A stretch of 64,000 nucleotides of DNA from Octopus vulgaris (GCA_951406725.2 OX597817.1:53072001-53136000), one strand, 5' to 3'; shown: positions 28,713 through 41,942, counted from the first letter of the stretch. A program made the numbers and translations. Notes: a model not told the origin generated them from the sequence alone.

Positions 28713-28801
28713 ACAAACCTTGTATGCTCTGCGCCAATGAATCCTAACATATACAACAAACCAAAAATTACCCGGTAAAATCTGCACTTATAAACACCAA
28801 A

Positions 28802-28877
<76 letters not shown>

Positions 28878-29114
28878 TAGCAATGAGATCTAGTACGGAC
28901 CCTCAGAAATTCTGGGTTGGTGTCCGGCGTGCTGGAAGATCACTGAAAGGGACGAACCCCTTAGCTTTTGTTCAGAGTCCGTTGCGGTAACGACGACACT
29001 ATTGTAAACCTGATTGTGGGGAGATCTGTTCTAGCAACAAGTTGTAAGGACGTTTACATGTAGAACGAGGTCTTTTGTTTAAATAACAGATGCAAAGAAC
29101 AGAGGACATGACTC

Positions 29115-29518
29115 CTTTACTCTTTACTTGTTTCAGTCATTTGACTGGCCATGCTGGAGCACCGCCTTTAGTCGAGCGAATCTACGCCAGGACTTATTCT
29201 TTGTAAGCCTAGTACTTATTCTATCGGGCTCTTTTGCCGAACCGCTAAGTTACAGGGACATAAACATACCAGCATCGGTTGTTAAGCGATTTTGGGGGGA
29301 CAAACACAGACACACAAACATATACACACACATATATACATATATACATATATACGATGTGATTCTTTCAGTTTCCGTCTACCAAATCCACTCACAAGGC
29401 TTTGGTCGGCCCGAGACTATAGTAGAAGGCACTTCCCCAAGGTACGTGTAGTGGAACTGAACCCGGAACCATGTAATTGGTAAGCAAGCTACTTACCACA
29501 AAGCCACTCCTACGCCTA
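29115..29518 (-). mobile_element. SINE family A full copy
   Basis: Family A head through 3' end. Confidence 0.85.
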
Positions 29519-31666
29519 CAATAAATGGCTCTAAATGGACTGCCAACAATAAATGGTTCTAAAGGGTATATGTCGATAGTTTTTGAAATTATAGCGAGTT
29601 TCTGAAGCGATTTCAAGCATTATTCAGATTCTGTGATCAATTGTTCCCGAGAACAACCTCTCTGTCATCGTCCGGTTGAATTAATGTGTTTCGTTTTTAA
29701 AGGAATTACATTGTCATCACGAAAAGAAAAACTGGCGCTCCGTCGGTCTCGACGACGAGTGTTCCAGTTGATCTGATCAATGGAATAGCCTGTGCATAAA
29801 ATTAACGTGCAAGTGTCTGAGTACACCGCAGATACGCATATACAACTAATCGTGCTCAGCATCTCATTGCGGGACAAGGAAACCAAGGAGGCGAGCTGGC
29901 AGAATCATTAGCACGCTGGAAAAAATGCTTGTCAACATTTCGTCTATCTTTAAGTACTGAGTTCAAATTCTGCCGAGGTCTACTTTGCTTTTTATCATTT
30001 CGGGGTTGATACAAGTACCAGATGAGCACTTGGGTCGATATAATAGACTTAACACCCGCCCCGAAATTACTGGCTTTCTGCCGAAGTTTGAAACCAATAT
30101 TAATAACTTTACAATAATTACAAAAACATTAGCAATTTGCACATATAACAACCCTCTCCCAAACCCCGGACCAAATCTTTGTCTCTCAGGGCGATGCTCC
30201 AATCATTTTTATGATGCAGGTATTTTACCACTGCTGTGGAAGGATTCCGAACTCCGCTCCAAGTGACTAAAGGTAGACCGACTCATTGTTATAAATGAAA
30301 GAACTGTGAGCGATGGGCAGTTCGTGTTGGTAGCAGTTCACTGTGAGCCTTTACTTGAGAGCGCTGAGTTTCGTGTAATAGTAATAGTAGTGCGTCGTGT
30401 ATAAATTTTCTTCCTTACTGCTTCGTTATATTATAAATCCATTACAAGGATATAAAAACGACCAAAATACTTAGTGAAACAATTTGTGTTTGATTTTATT
30501 CTTATTTTTAAGCAACAATGTCGTGGCTTTTCATTTATGGGAATGTGTGTGTGTGTGTATGTGTGTGTGTATTTATAAAGTGTTTGTAAAAACAACTCCT
30601 TACCTCGATTAGCACCGTAATACTTTTAAACGTCTTTAAGAAAAGTTTTCTGCTCTGTTCTCAAACGTCAAATTAAATACTTATCATATTTTGATAATGT
30701 AGCAGTCCCTCTTCACCAAAATACAATGCATTATTTAACCTCAGTAACAACGGATAAAAGAAAGCCTAACCATAAATGTCCTGGGGTCAAGAAATGTAAA
30801 TTGTATCAGGTTCGGCAAACATTTTCAAGGCGGCTTAGTTTGGAAACATTTTTTTTACGTGTTGCTAGCCAAGCCGACTATAAAATGACACTCTATTATT
30901 AAAAGCTATGAAAACTGCTTGTTTTTTAATTACTTTAGTGTTTCTCATCATTAATGTTAAATAAAAGATATGTTTTGCACCGGCAATGTAAAATATAACC
31001 ATAAAGTAAGCATTTTTTAGTATCATAACAATGTTTAAAACTACGGCACGTTCACCCTTTTCAACACAGATTAATGTATAGAAACGAAATAGACGGGTGA
31101 ACATGACACAAAACTTGAGTCATTAAAACCTCCAGAAAAGAGCGTAAGGAGAGAAATTATATAATAGCGATAATCGTTGCTATTTAACGTAATCCAAGAC
31201 AACTATTTTACTCCGAATATATATCACAAAGAAAACATTGTTTCGGTTTGATATGAGTTTCTATAAATTACTGGTACCATGCATGTCAAAATATATTTAT
31301 GAATGGCGGGACTGCTACGAAAGAAAGTTCGCCAGGAAAATGCCATACCATTGAAGTTTGTAGCATCTTGACTAGTTTGTACAACAGTTTGGTAACGTAG
31401 CAGCCGAACAAGGAGGCGGCTGGTTGCTGGAGCTGAAACTAACACGACTCTGTTGGAAGGTAGTGCTAGAGAGTATGTGCGTACCTGCATATGTGTATAT
31501 ATACTTATTGAGTCGGTGTGTGTATGCATCTGATTTTCAACTACGTGTGTACAAATAAGAATAAAAGCATGTATAGAGATGATGGACTCTCTTATCGAAA
31601 ACGACTCATAAGAGTTCAGGTTTTGCCGAACAACCTGCACAAATTATTTGTTTATAATGATCAAAT

Positions 31667-31831
31667 GGCGTAGGAGTGGCTGTGTGGCAAGTAGCTTGCT
31701 TACTAACCACATGGTTCCAGGTTCAGTCCCACTATGTGGCACCTTGGGCAAGTGTCTTCTACTATATCCTCGAGCCGATCAAAGCCTTGTGAGTGGATTT
31801 GGTAGACGGAAACTGAAAGACGCCCGTCGTA

Positions 31832-31929
<98 letters not shown>

Positions 31930-32100
31930 TATAGGCGCAGGAGTGGCTGTGTGGTAAGTAGCTTGCTTACCAACCATATGGTTCCGGGTTCAGTCCCACT
32001 GCGTGGAACCATGGGCAAGTGTCTTCTACTGTAGCCTCGAGCCGACCAAAGCCTTGTGAGTGGATTTGGTTGACGGAAACTGAAAGAAGCCTGTCGTATA
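31667..32100 (+). mobile_element. Two tandem SINE family A heads separated by (TA)n
   Basis: 31667-31830 and 31934-32100. Confidence 0.85.
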
Positions 32101-32736
32101 TATATAAACGGCGGTGTGTCAGCATGGCTACACCTCTGAGCTGAAACTAGAGAAAAAATGTATGTGCCGCACATTATCTGAGTCCCTCCAGCAAATCGAT
32201 GTTGCCTGAACAGGTGCACAGGTGTACCACACGTCATGTGTCAAAGTGATCTCAAAGCAAGTGAGATGAAGTGTTTTGCTCAAGAACACAACGCACCACC
32301 CAGTCTACGAATTGAAACTTCGATCTCGCGATCGTGAGTGCAACACTCAAACCACTAAACCATGCGGTCTCACATGTATGTGTGTGTGTTTGTGTGTCTG
32401 TGTGCGTGTGTGTGTATTTCTGTGTGTATAAATCTACATGTGTGTGTGTGTGTGTGTCTAGGGATCTGTGTACTTCAGTACGCTTGTACGTGATTGTATC
32501 CATGGATTGATGAACTATCACCTTACCTGTCGTAATTGCTTTTTAAGGGACTGATAACCACTTTTATGATCAACATTATCTTCAATTTATATAGGAAATA
32601 TCTCAACCCTACATATATATATATATATATATATATAGTGAATCTAAACAAAGAAGAAAAAACAAGAAAAAAACAATAACGCGGGGACGTGGTACAAGTA
32701 CTGTATTATCAGAGGCTCAGGAAAAGAAGGAAAGAG

Positions 32737-32772
32737 GATTTTAACGTTTCGAGCCTAACTCTTCGTCAGGAG
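32737..32772 (-). ncRNA. Minimal hammerhead motif (stem I degraded) in short repeat 32640-32845
   Basis: Minus strand CTGACGA-A-GAGT-TAG-GCTC-GAAA-CGTT. Confidence 0.55.
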
Positions 32773-32855
32773 TAGAGAAAAAGCCAAAAGAAGGGAAGAT
32801 GGAGGAAGAAAATCGCCAACGATACACACGTGGTTACATTTTAGATATATATATA

Positions 32856-33330
32856 CCTGGTGTACCAGCAAGACTGTCACGCTCACAAATTCTTAAAACT
32901 TCTTAAAACCAATAAACAAATCGATTTGCAATTTTCCATTTTTTCCAGATAAGACATCTGGCTACATTGATACTAGACTTTTGTAAGAATCAGTGAAATA
33001 TTCATTGAGATATTTAGCTAGAAAAAGAACAGGTTGAAATCGTTTTGTGCCAGCCTCACCATATCTTCCCAACTGAGAAATGTTGACAGGGCTAAGATTA
33101 TCAAGGCCTTCAATAATGGTAGCAACATTCATACTCTGGTTTCCATCTTCAAAGTCCATTCAAGAACCATCAAGATAATTGTGAATAAGTTTGAGGAAGA
33201 GAGAATAGTGAGAAAACTGAATCAGGAGGTCATAAACACAACATGGGTCATCATTTCAATCTGGATCTGTTGAGGTCAATCAGAGGAGATCTAACTCAAT
33301 CCATAAGACGCTTGGCACACGAGAGAGAAG
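32856..33330 (+). pseudogene. Possible Tc1-like transposase N-terminal (HTH) remnant
   Basis: DRAKIIKAFNNGSNIHTLVSIFKVHSRTIKIIVNKFEEE resembles a paired-like HTH; no second TIR seen. Confidence 0.35.
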
Positions 33331-33334
33331 TTTC

Positions 33335-33640
33335 AGTTAGGACAGTTCAAAAAACGCCTGGATACAACACACAAGAGTCAACAACATCATAAGAACCATC
33401 AGGAAGAGCAAATATAGATTGGGAAGCCACATCGCATGACTAAAGGACAACATAAGGACAATCAGGATGACGGAATGGACACCAAAACAATGGACAAGAT
33501 CAAGCGGCTGACCAACGACAAGAAGGCGTGATGATCTCACTCGCTACCTGGGACCTATATTGCCACGACTGGCCTGAGACACACAGCAGTGGAAGGTGTC
33601 CAGGGAAAGGATCCTCCTTCAGGAGCGACGAAGCTGTAGA
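33335..33640 (+). pseudogene. RTE-clade LINE ORF C-terminal fragment
   Basis: NAWIQHTRVNNIIRTIRKSKYRLGSHIA*LKDN..MTEWTPKQWTRSSG*PTTRRRDDL resembles the RTE W.GH..R and RGRP..RW.DD motifs. Confidence 0.7.
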
Positions 33641-34575
33641 TAATGAATTCAACTGCCTGAAATGAAGATTTGGGAGAACACCCAGCGACGCTATCTCCGC
33701 AAAAGAACGATCAGTAATGTCGGAGTTACCATATTTTGTTCAGTGAGCCAAGAAGCATAATAATCCATGAACTTATAGACGTCTATAGACGTGTTTGTAT
33801 ATATTGATATATGTATTTGTATATCGGTGTTTGTAAATATTAATATATTTGCTTGAAAAATAATATATGTAACTGTGTTTGTAAATGTTAATATATTTGC
33901 CTGCATATATTAATGTATGTAACTGTATATGTTAATATGTTTTTATTGCATGCTAAAATATATGTTTGTGTATGTTAATGTATATGTTTGTATATGTTGA
34001 TATAGGTTTGTATGTGTTAATATTTGTGTTTCTATATGTTATGTATATATCATGTATTTACTTGTTTACGACAATGTGGACTTATTGATGTAATTCTATA
34101 CAGCTGTGCAATAATTTACAAATCTGTTTATTTGTGTGTCTACGCATGTTTCACGATTAATTTTCTTCTATCTCTCTGTTTTGCCTTGTTTAATAATAAT
34201 CCGTCTTTTTGTTCATTTCACGTTATATCTATTTGCAAAACAACAACAACAGCAGCAGCAACTACAAAAACAACCAAAATAAAAATAAGAGCTAGCAAAT
34301 TAGGACTTATGTGGTTTCTATCTCAGACCTGATCCGACACATCCTCGATCAAAGACATTCTGGCAGTGGCTATCCCGAATTTTCTTATATAATTTAGGTT
34401 ACAGCGTACCTTAGACCAGATAAGCTAATGTGTACGATGTTGAGACGTGGGTTAAGTAAGATTTGGACTAATATTTCTTGCAAGCCATTTGGCCACACGA
34501 GAATACATTCTCGGTTCATATAGTAATGTACTTAGTAATGTATTATAATATAACATGAAATAATATGTGATATAA

Positions 34576-34971
34576 TCTTTTCTTCTCTAGGCACAAGGCC
34601 CGAAATTTTGGAGAGGGGGCGAGCCGATTAGGTCGACCCCAGAACGTAACTGGTACTTATTTTATCGACCCCGAAAGGATGAAAGACAAAGTCGACCTCG
34701 GTGGAATTTGAACTCAGAACGTAGCGGCAGACGAAATACCCATTTCTTTACTACCCACAAGTGGCTAAACACAGAGAGGACAAACAAGGACAGACGAACG
34801 GATTAAGTCGATTATATCGACCCCAGTGCGTAACTGGTACTTATTTAATCGAACCCGAAAGGATGAAAGGCAAAGTCGACCTCGGCGGAATTTGAACTCA
34901 GAACGTAGCTGCAGACGAAATACCGCTAAGCATTTCGCCCGGCGCGCTAACGTTTCTGCCAGCTCGCCGCC
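34576..34971 (-). mobile_element. SINE family B, dimeric form
   Basis: Same two-unit structure and junction as 7955-8310. Confidence 0.85.
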
Positions 34972-35049
34972 TTACGTCAATTTATATACAGCGTTGACTA
35001 AAAGCTATACTGACATATTCTATAGTATATCATAGCTACCGATATAATT

Positions 35050-35520
35050 ACGAGGAATGAGCATTTATGAAGGTTCCTGGAGTCATGTGACGCAAATGAC
35101 CGAACCATTTACAACACTAACTTCAGTGAAGCGACCAACCATCAGATTATGTACCAATTTGGCATTCACGTGAGCCAAATAGACCGCATACTCATAAGGA
35201 ACCGGGACAAAATACAGGTTATCAGTATTGAGCCCTTCCTTGATGAAGGATATACCATATAACAGTTCGATGCTGCGTTGCAGTGATAAGTCCTTGAATG
35301 CAAAGGAGATGTGCGAAAACTAGAAAAAGTGATGTAAGCAAACATATATATCGCTGGATGTGTAACGCTAGTGCGCATGAGCGATGGTGGAGCATAAATG
35401 AGCCATTGACAAACTGGATACAAGAGGAATCAAATACTGTATACGGTAAAGATGCTGTGTACAACAGAGATTTTTGGTGCAAGTGTATGACGATTATGGA
35501 AGATGTCAGCAGTTTAAAGA
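35050..35520 (+). pseudogene. Possible degenerate mariner 5' region
   Basis: AVISP/LNAK and NTVYGKDAV resemble the mariner transposase N-terminus. Confidence 0.3.
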
Positions 35521-35776
35521 AGTGACAAGTAGTGGGGGAAATCTGAGGAAGAGGTAGACTGGGGAAAATGCTCTTAATATACCTGGCAACTCTGTAAGAT
35601 GGTGGGTAATAGGAGGGATTCCATTCGTAGAAACCAGGTTAAAACTGGTACGTGCAAGCGAAATAGGGGCCTCGATTCCTCAAGATGAATAGTAACGCAG
35701 AATAGGAAATTACTCAGACCCTGATAATCCGTTCATCTCATGTCAGCAAGAAATAGCAGGTGCCAAATCTTGATGG

Positions 35777-35862
<86 letters not shown>

Positions 35863-35865
<3 letters not shown>

Positions 35866-36045
35866 TTCGTCTGCTGTTACGTTCTGAGTTCAAATTCCGC
35901 CGAGGTCGACTTTGCCTTTCATCCTTTCGGGGTCGATTAAATAAGTACCAGTTACGCACTGGGGTCGATGTAATCGACTTAAACCATTTGTCTGTCCTTT
36001 TTTGTCCCCTCTATGTTTGGCCTTCTGTGGGCAATAAAGAAAAAT
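35863..36045 (+). mobile_element. 5'-truncated SINE family B with Tx1-like tail, inside (TATC)n
   Basis: Preceded by long (TATC)n and followed by GTATCTACCTATCTA. Confidence 0.8.
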
Positions 36046-36825
36046 GTATCTACCTATCTATTTTTTTGTCTCACTCTGACTGGGTACACACACATATATA
36101 CGCACACATTTATAGGAACATCTAGAAATGAGAATACAAATATTGGCGTTTAACCGATGCTTTGAAATAAATATCCGAACAGCATTCACAAATTTAATAT
36201 TAATATTTTCTGGAACGTACTTATACCAATCCTTATAGTTGTTCCCCCAGAAATGATTGTGCAACATTCCAGTTGCACCAAATCAGGAAATAGTCACATT
36301 TCTTAACTTTCGTATTGTCTTTTCCTTAATAACTAAATCTGCTTAATTCCTTCGTAGCTTTTTTTTCAGCACGTTTCTGTTTATCATAGTCGTTCGGTCA
36401 TTACTATGTTAATTATCAATACGCAATTGTCATATTTGCATGGTGAATGCCAGGTTTATGAGATGAACGTATGTCTGTAAGCTGACGTTTCACAGGATCT
36501 CTACATTGTCATTTTCTAAGACAGGTGGAATTTTAAATGAATTCCACACAAATATCTCTTTCAAACTGGGTGGCTCGGCGTATAAAGAGCAACAGAGGAA
36601 TGCTGTTGTGTGTCCACGTATATTTGCTGAGAGCTAGACATCCTCATACAATATCATATTGTTTCAAAACCATGGACCACTAAGGCGACATTTATTAACT
36701 CTTTTGTAGGAATTGTAAATGTTTCCCTCAATGAATCAGGAGGCCATGTCCTGCTTCTGTACGGTGAATTGGTGCTCCAATTGTTCGTTCAAGATGGGGG
36801 TCAATTTATTTTTAAATTGATCATA

Positions 36826-37000
36826 GGCGCAGGAAAGGCTGTGTGGTAAGTAGCTTGCTTACCAACCACATGGTTCCGGCTTCATTCCCACTGCATGGCA
36901 CCTTGGGCAAGTGTCTTCTACTATAGCCGCAGGCCGAGCAAAGCCTTGTGAGTGGATTTGGTAGACGGAAACTGAAAGAAGCCTGACGTATATATGTATA

Positions 37001-37063
<63 letters not shown>

Positions 37064-37652
37064 TATGTATGTATGTATGTATGTGTGTATATGTTTGTGT
37101 GTCTATGTTTGTCCCCCCAACATCACTTGACAACCGATCGTGGTGTGCTTACGTCCCTGTATCTTAGCGGTTAATAGTGACCGATAGAATAAGTACTAGG
37201 CTTACAAAGAATAAGTCATGGGATCGATTTGCTCGACTAAAGGCGGTGCTCCAGCATGGCCGCAGTCATATTATATATATATTATATATATGTGGCTGTG
37301 TGGTAAGTAGCTTGCTAACCAACCACACGGTTGCGGGTTCAGTCCCACTGCGTGGCACCTTGGGCAAGTGTCTTCTGCTATAGCCCCGGGCCGACCAATG
37401 CCTTGTGAGTGGATTTGGTAGACGGAAACTGAAAGAAGCCTGTCGTATATATGTATATATATGTATATGTGTGTGTGTTTGTGTGTCTGTGTTTGTCTCC
37501 TAGCATTGCTTGACAACCGATGCTGGTGTGTTTACGTCCCCGTCACTTAGCGGTTCGGCAAAAAGAGACCGATAGAATAAGTACTAAAGGTGGTGCTCCA
37601 GCATGGCCGCAGTCAAATGACTGAAACAAGTAAAAGAGTAAAAGAGTAAAGA

Positions 37653-37655
<3 letters not shown>
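36826..37655 (+). mobile_element. Two tandem SINE family A copies
   Basis: 36826-37268 and 37291-37655; the second ends AACAAGTAAAAGAGTAAAAGAGT. Confidence 0.85.
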
Positions 37656-37708
<53 letters not shown>

Positions 37709-37849
37709 GCGTTCTTGTCCCTTTTTGTATTTATATATATATGTATATAATAATTATTTCAGGGAATATTATTCCTAACTTACAGGGAAAAATTCAATAT
37801 AGAAATACTAAATCAAATTTCACAAAATATAATATATATATATATATAA

Positions 37850-38026
37850 AAATTAGAAAAAAAAACACCTTTTGTCAATTCAAAATGAACAATTAAATTA
37901 CACCATCTAGAAATATATACGTGTATATTATTGTTATTTTAATTTTAATATTTCTATTATTTGTAATTTTCTAGATGGTGTAATTTAATTGTTCATTTTG
38001 AATTGATAAAAGATAGTCTTTTTCTA

Positions 38027-38035
<9 letters not shown>
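37850..38035. repeat. Inverted repeat embedded in (TA)n
   Basis: TCAATTCAAAATGAACAATTAAATTACACCATCTAGAAA versus its reverse complement at about 37968-38007. Confidence 0.8.
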
Positions 38036-38064
<29 letters not shown>

Positions 38065-38338
38065 TTGCTCTTGAATTTTAATTTCCGTGGTTCCTGTCTC
38101 GTCCATACGCTTGACTGTTTATACCGTACTAAGTCCCTCAAAAGGTCATTGTTCCATTTGTATAAAAAGGGAAGGGGATACTCAGTTGCTTTCCTGTATT
38201 CGTTTTATTTCTTTTCTTTTCTTTTTCTTTGGTGGACTTTTTTTCTTTTTTGATCTGTCTTCTCTACCATAGTTTCTTTAAACTTAGATTATTTTCTCCA
38301 AACTTGTCGAGAATCAATCAAACCCAGTCAGCACGGGA

Positions 38339-41300
38339 ATGACCTTGGAAACGAATATGATTATTCATTCGAACAGCGAACGAAATGCAAACAACTTTGG
38401 ATGCAAGCTGTGCTATAGAACCTTTGCAACTGTGAGAGGCTTGAAGATACATCAGGGAAAGACTTGTGAGAAGAGGACAGAGCAGTGTGGATCGTCAGAT
38501 CGTAAAACACGTGGCAAATCATCCCCGGACTCAAACCACAGCGGATCGATAAATGCTACAGCAGAGACCTCTTCACGTGATGAAACTACAAGTCATGAAA
38601 CTGGTGCATCGGACAATACTCAGAGGAAACCGAGGGTATTGTGGCCTGCTGCTAATGAGAAAGTGAAATATAAAGAGTTTGAAAACAAGGTTTGTCGGGC
38701 TCTTTATAAAATGACAGGTTCTACAGTGGAGAAACTGGGTAAATTATCAAGCTCAATATACGATATAGGAAAATATTTATTTGGAATAAAAGAGAATATC
38801 CGACTAGAGAAAGGAAAGTGTGGACAAAGCAGGAGGATCAGAAAAATGCAGCAGTTGAGGAAGGAAAAGTCCGACTTAACAAAGCGATGGAGATGTGCTG
38901 CACTAGATGAGAAACCTGGCCTTGTGCTGCTGTATAACGATTTGAAGAGGAAATGTCGTTATGTGCAACGACATATCCGCCGATATGAGCGTCGAAAAGA
39001 AAGTAAAAGGACTCGGGGGTCAGTTTCTGAAGGGTTTACTAAGAAGCTGTTCACTGAACCAAAGAGTGGTACTTTATCGTGCACTAAAGAAGAATTGGAT
39101 GCTCATATCAAGGAAACCTACAGCGATCCGCACAGTAACCAGCCGCTGCCACCTCTACATGGGCTAAATCATCTCTCAGGACCTGATATCGAATTCCAGA
39201 TTGGGGACATCAGGGAGAGAGAGGTGAATGACTTCGTAAGAAAAGCTAGAGCAAAGAGTGCCCCAGGAGGTGATGGCGTCTCATATAAAGTCTACAAGTA
39301 CTGCAATCGTCTGCGAAGGAAGCTCTTCGTCCTACTCCGACAACTGTGGCGCGAGGAGACTATAGTAGAGGATTGGTGTAAGGCAGAAGGTATATACCTG
39401 CCGAAAGAGGCCAATGCAAAGACCATAAAACAGTTTAGGCCGATATCCTTATTGAATTTGGAAGGCAAGATCTTTATGGGAATTCAGTCGAGGAGAACAG
39501 TGGCATATTTACAGAGTAACGAATATGTTGATGAATCTGTTCAAAAGGCCGGAATCCCCGGGATCCCTGGATGCGTTGAACACTGTTTTTCGATTTGGAA
39601 AGCGATCCAGGATGCCAAACAGAACAAGAAAAGTCTGAACATGGTATGGCTCGACCTAGCTAACGCGTATGGTTCAGTGCCACACAAATTACTAATAACA
39701 GCCATGGACCACTTCCACATTCCTGACAAAGTGATCAAAATAATGAGGATGTACTATGACAGTTTCGAAATGAGATTTACAACTGGAAATTTTACAACAA
39801 ATTGGCACCGATTGGAGGTTGGCATTGCTGCTGGCTGTACAATATCTGTCACGTGGTTTATCTTAGTCATGGAGTTGATTTTGAAAGGTGTAGATTTTTC
39901 GGAACAAATCGCCCATGTACAATCGCCTAAGAAAGCCTTCATGGATGACGTGACACTTCTAGCTACAGATAAACAAATCATGCAGAATGCCCTCTTGAGA
40001 TTAGACGAACTTGTAAGGTGGTCAAGGATGCGATTTAGAGCAAAAAAGTCGCGTAGTCTGACATTTGTTAAGGGAGTGCAGAAAGAATTTAAGTTTCGAA
40101 TATCTGAAGAAAGCATTCCAACAGTCAAGGAAGAGCCCGTCAAGAGCTTGGGTCGAGTATACGCTGGAACATTGTCAGACAGAAGTCGTGGGATTGAAAT
40201 CATGAAACAGGCCGAGGCTGGGTTATCAGCGATTGATAATTCGAAGTTGCCAGGTAAATATAAAATTTGGTGCTTGCAGTTCGGCTTGTACCCGCGACTT
40301 GCGTGGCCACTTTTAATATACGAAGTAGCATTGTCACGAGTTGAAAGGATTGAACAAAAATGTAATGTGTTCATTAGAAAGTGGCTAGGCTTACCTCGTA
40401 TGTTGAACAGCTCAGCTCTTTATCGTAAAAGAGGTTCGTTGCAACTACCAATAGCATCAATAGTCGAAATATATAAGCTGGGGAAGATACGGACGGTCAT
40501 GATGCTGAGAGAATCGAAGGATATGGAAATCAGGCGTAACCCACCAGAGGTGAAAACAGCCAGGAAGTGGAGAGCAGAAGCAGAAACTGACGACATCTTG
40601 TCTTCTCTTATACACAGAGATATGGTGGGAGCAACGCATAACCATCGGAAAGGACTTGGTTTTGGCGCAGATCAGTTCAGACCGTTTGCAAGTATGATGC
40701 CGAGTGAACGCAGATCTGTTGTTAGCAACAGCGTCAAAACAAGAGAAGCAGAGAGAAGAGAGCTTCATTTGATCCGATGTGTTCATCAAGGTCAGATGAC
40801 GAGATGGGAAGAACATGTTGTTGAGAGGAAGATAAGTTGGGATGAGATGTGGAAGTGGACGACATCTCGGCTGAGTTTCTTGATTTGTTCATCTTATGAT
40901 GTTTTGCCATCACCTACGAATCTAGTAAGATGCAACGTCTTAGAGAATGACATCTGCAAATGTGGAAAGGTCGGTACACTAAAACATATTCTTTCCAACT
41001 ATCCATTAGCATTGAACAGGTACACATGGAGGCACAACTTGGTCCTTAAGATTATCTTCAATGCTATAAAGAACCAAATTCATCTCAACAACACTGAAAA
41101 ATCGTTGAAAGTACCATCAAGAGATTTCATTACCTTCGTGCGACCAGGTCAGCGGATCCGTTTCAAGAAGAAGATCAAGAAACTTCCTGAGAAAAATAAG
41201 AAGTGGAACGGCTATTGGGAGGTAACTGCAGATTTACCTGGGTGCCAGGTTTTCTATCCCATCCCAGTTTCTAAAAAAACAGATATTTTGATGTGGTGTG

Positions 41301-41620
41301 AAAGAAAGAAAGTTGTAAATATAGTCGAGCTAACGGTTCCTTATTAAGATAATATGGACGCCGCTCGGGCTCGAAAATTGAACCGTTATGAAAACCTCCG
41401 CGAGGAATGTGAAGACGCAGGCTGGAAAGCGGAACATTTTCCTATCGAAGTCGGATGTAGAGGGTTTGTTGGATACAGCGTGAGACAACTGTTGTTATCG
41501 CTAGGCCTAACTCATCGTAAAGTCAATACCACCAAGACTGATATCCAATCTACAGTGGAGAAGGCTAGCCACTGGATTTGGTTAAAAAGAGACGATGAGC
41601 GATGGTTAGAAGAATATTGA
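38339..41620 (+). pseudogene. HERO-type RT/RLE polyprotein with one in-frame stop (TAA 41345-41347)
   Basis: N-terminal CKLC..GLKIH zinc finger; RT motifs SAPGGDG, FRPISLLN, WLDLANAYGSV, GIAAGCTIS, AFMDDVT, KSLG; C-terminal CKCG..TLKHIL, YTWRHN, DIL..IVELTVPY; ORF 41354-41620 (PIEVGCRGF) continues in the same frame. Confidence 0.92.
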
Positions 41621-41640
41621 GTTCTTCATAACCAACTGAT

Positions 41641-41751
41641 CTAGCAAGCGGGGCCTCATATCAATGAGGGGGCCGGTGCGCATTGATGCCGTCGAGAGGT
41701 AGGCCCCGAAACGGCGCGCATTCTCTCCTGATGACCCCATACACTTGCTAG
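41641..41751 (+). ncRNA. Permuted hammerhead-like structured RNA in the HERO 3' UTR
   Basis: GCCGTC (41688-93), GAAACGGC (41708-15), CTCTC-CTGATGA (41723-34), closing helix CTAGCAAG/CTTGCTAG. Confidence 0.55.
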
Positions 41752-41901
41752 CTTCCGGTATACGGAGCTTTTAACTGGTAGCACTTGCATGTGCAAGTTG
41801 TTTGCAAGACATCTAACAGTTTCTCTATATTTTCTTTCTCCTTGCTTTTCTTTTTCTTTTCCTCTTTCTTTTTCTCTTTTTATCTCTTCCCCGGTCTCTC
41901 T

Positions 41902-41942
<41 letters not shown>

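Larger units (their letters stand above)
38278..41817 (+). mobile_element. Full-length HERO-clade RLE non-LTR retrotransposon
   Basis: Single ORF with zinc finger, RT and RLE; splits a polypyrimidine tract; candidate 7-bp TSD AGTTTCT at 38271-38277 and 41818-41824. Confidence 0.85.

Noticed and set aside
30287-30517. Possible solo LTR (TG...CA); similar impression at 15190-15770
   Set aside because: No TSD, partner LTR, PBS or PPT could be supported.
38060-38340. 5' HDV-like ribozyme of the kind found in R2
   Set aside because: I could not build the nested pseudoknot, and the apparent 5' UTR is only about 60 nt.
39541-40816. Antisense ORFs inside the HERO element
   Set aside because: They are shadow frames of the RT coding strand with no domain features.
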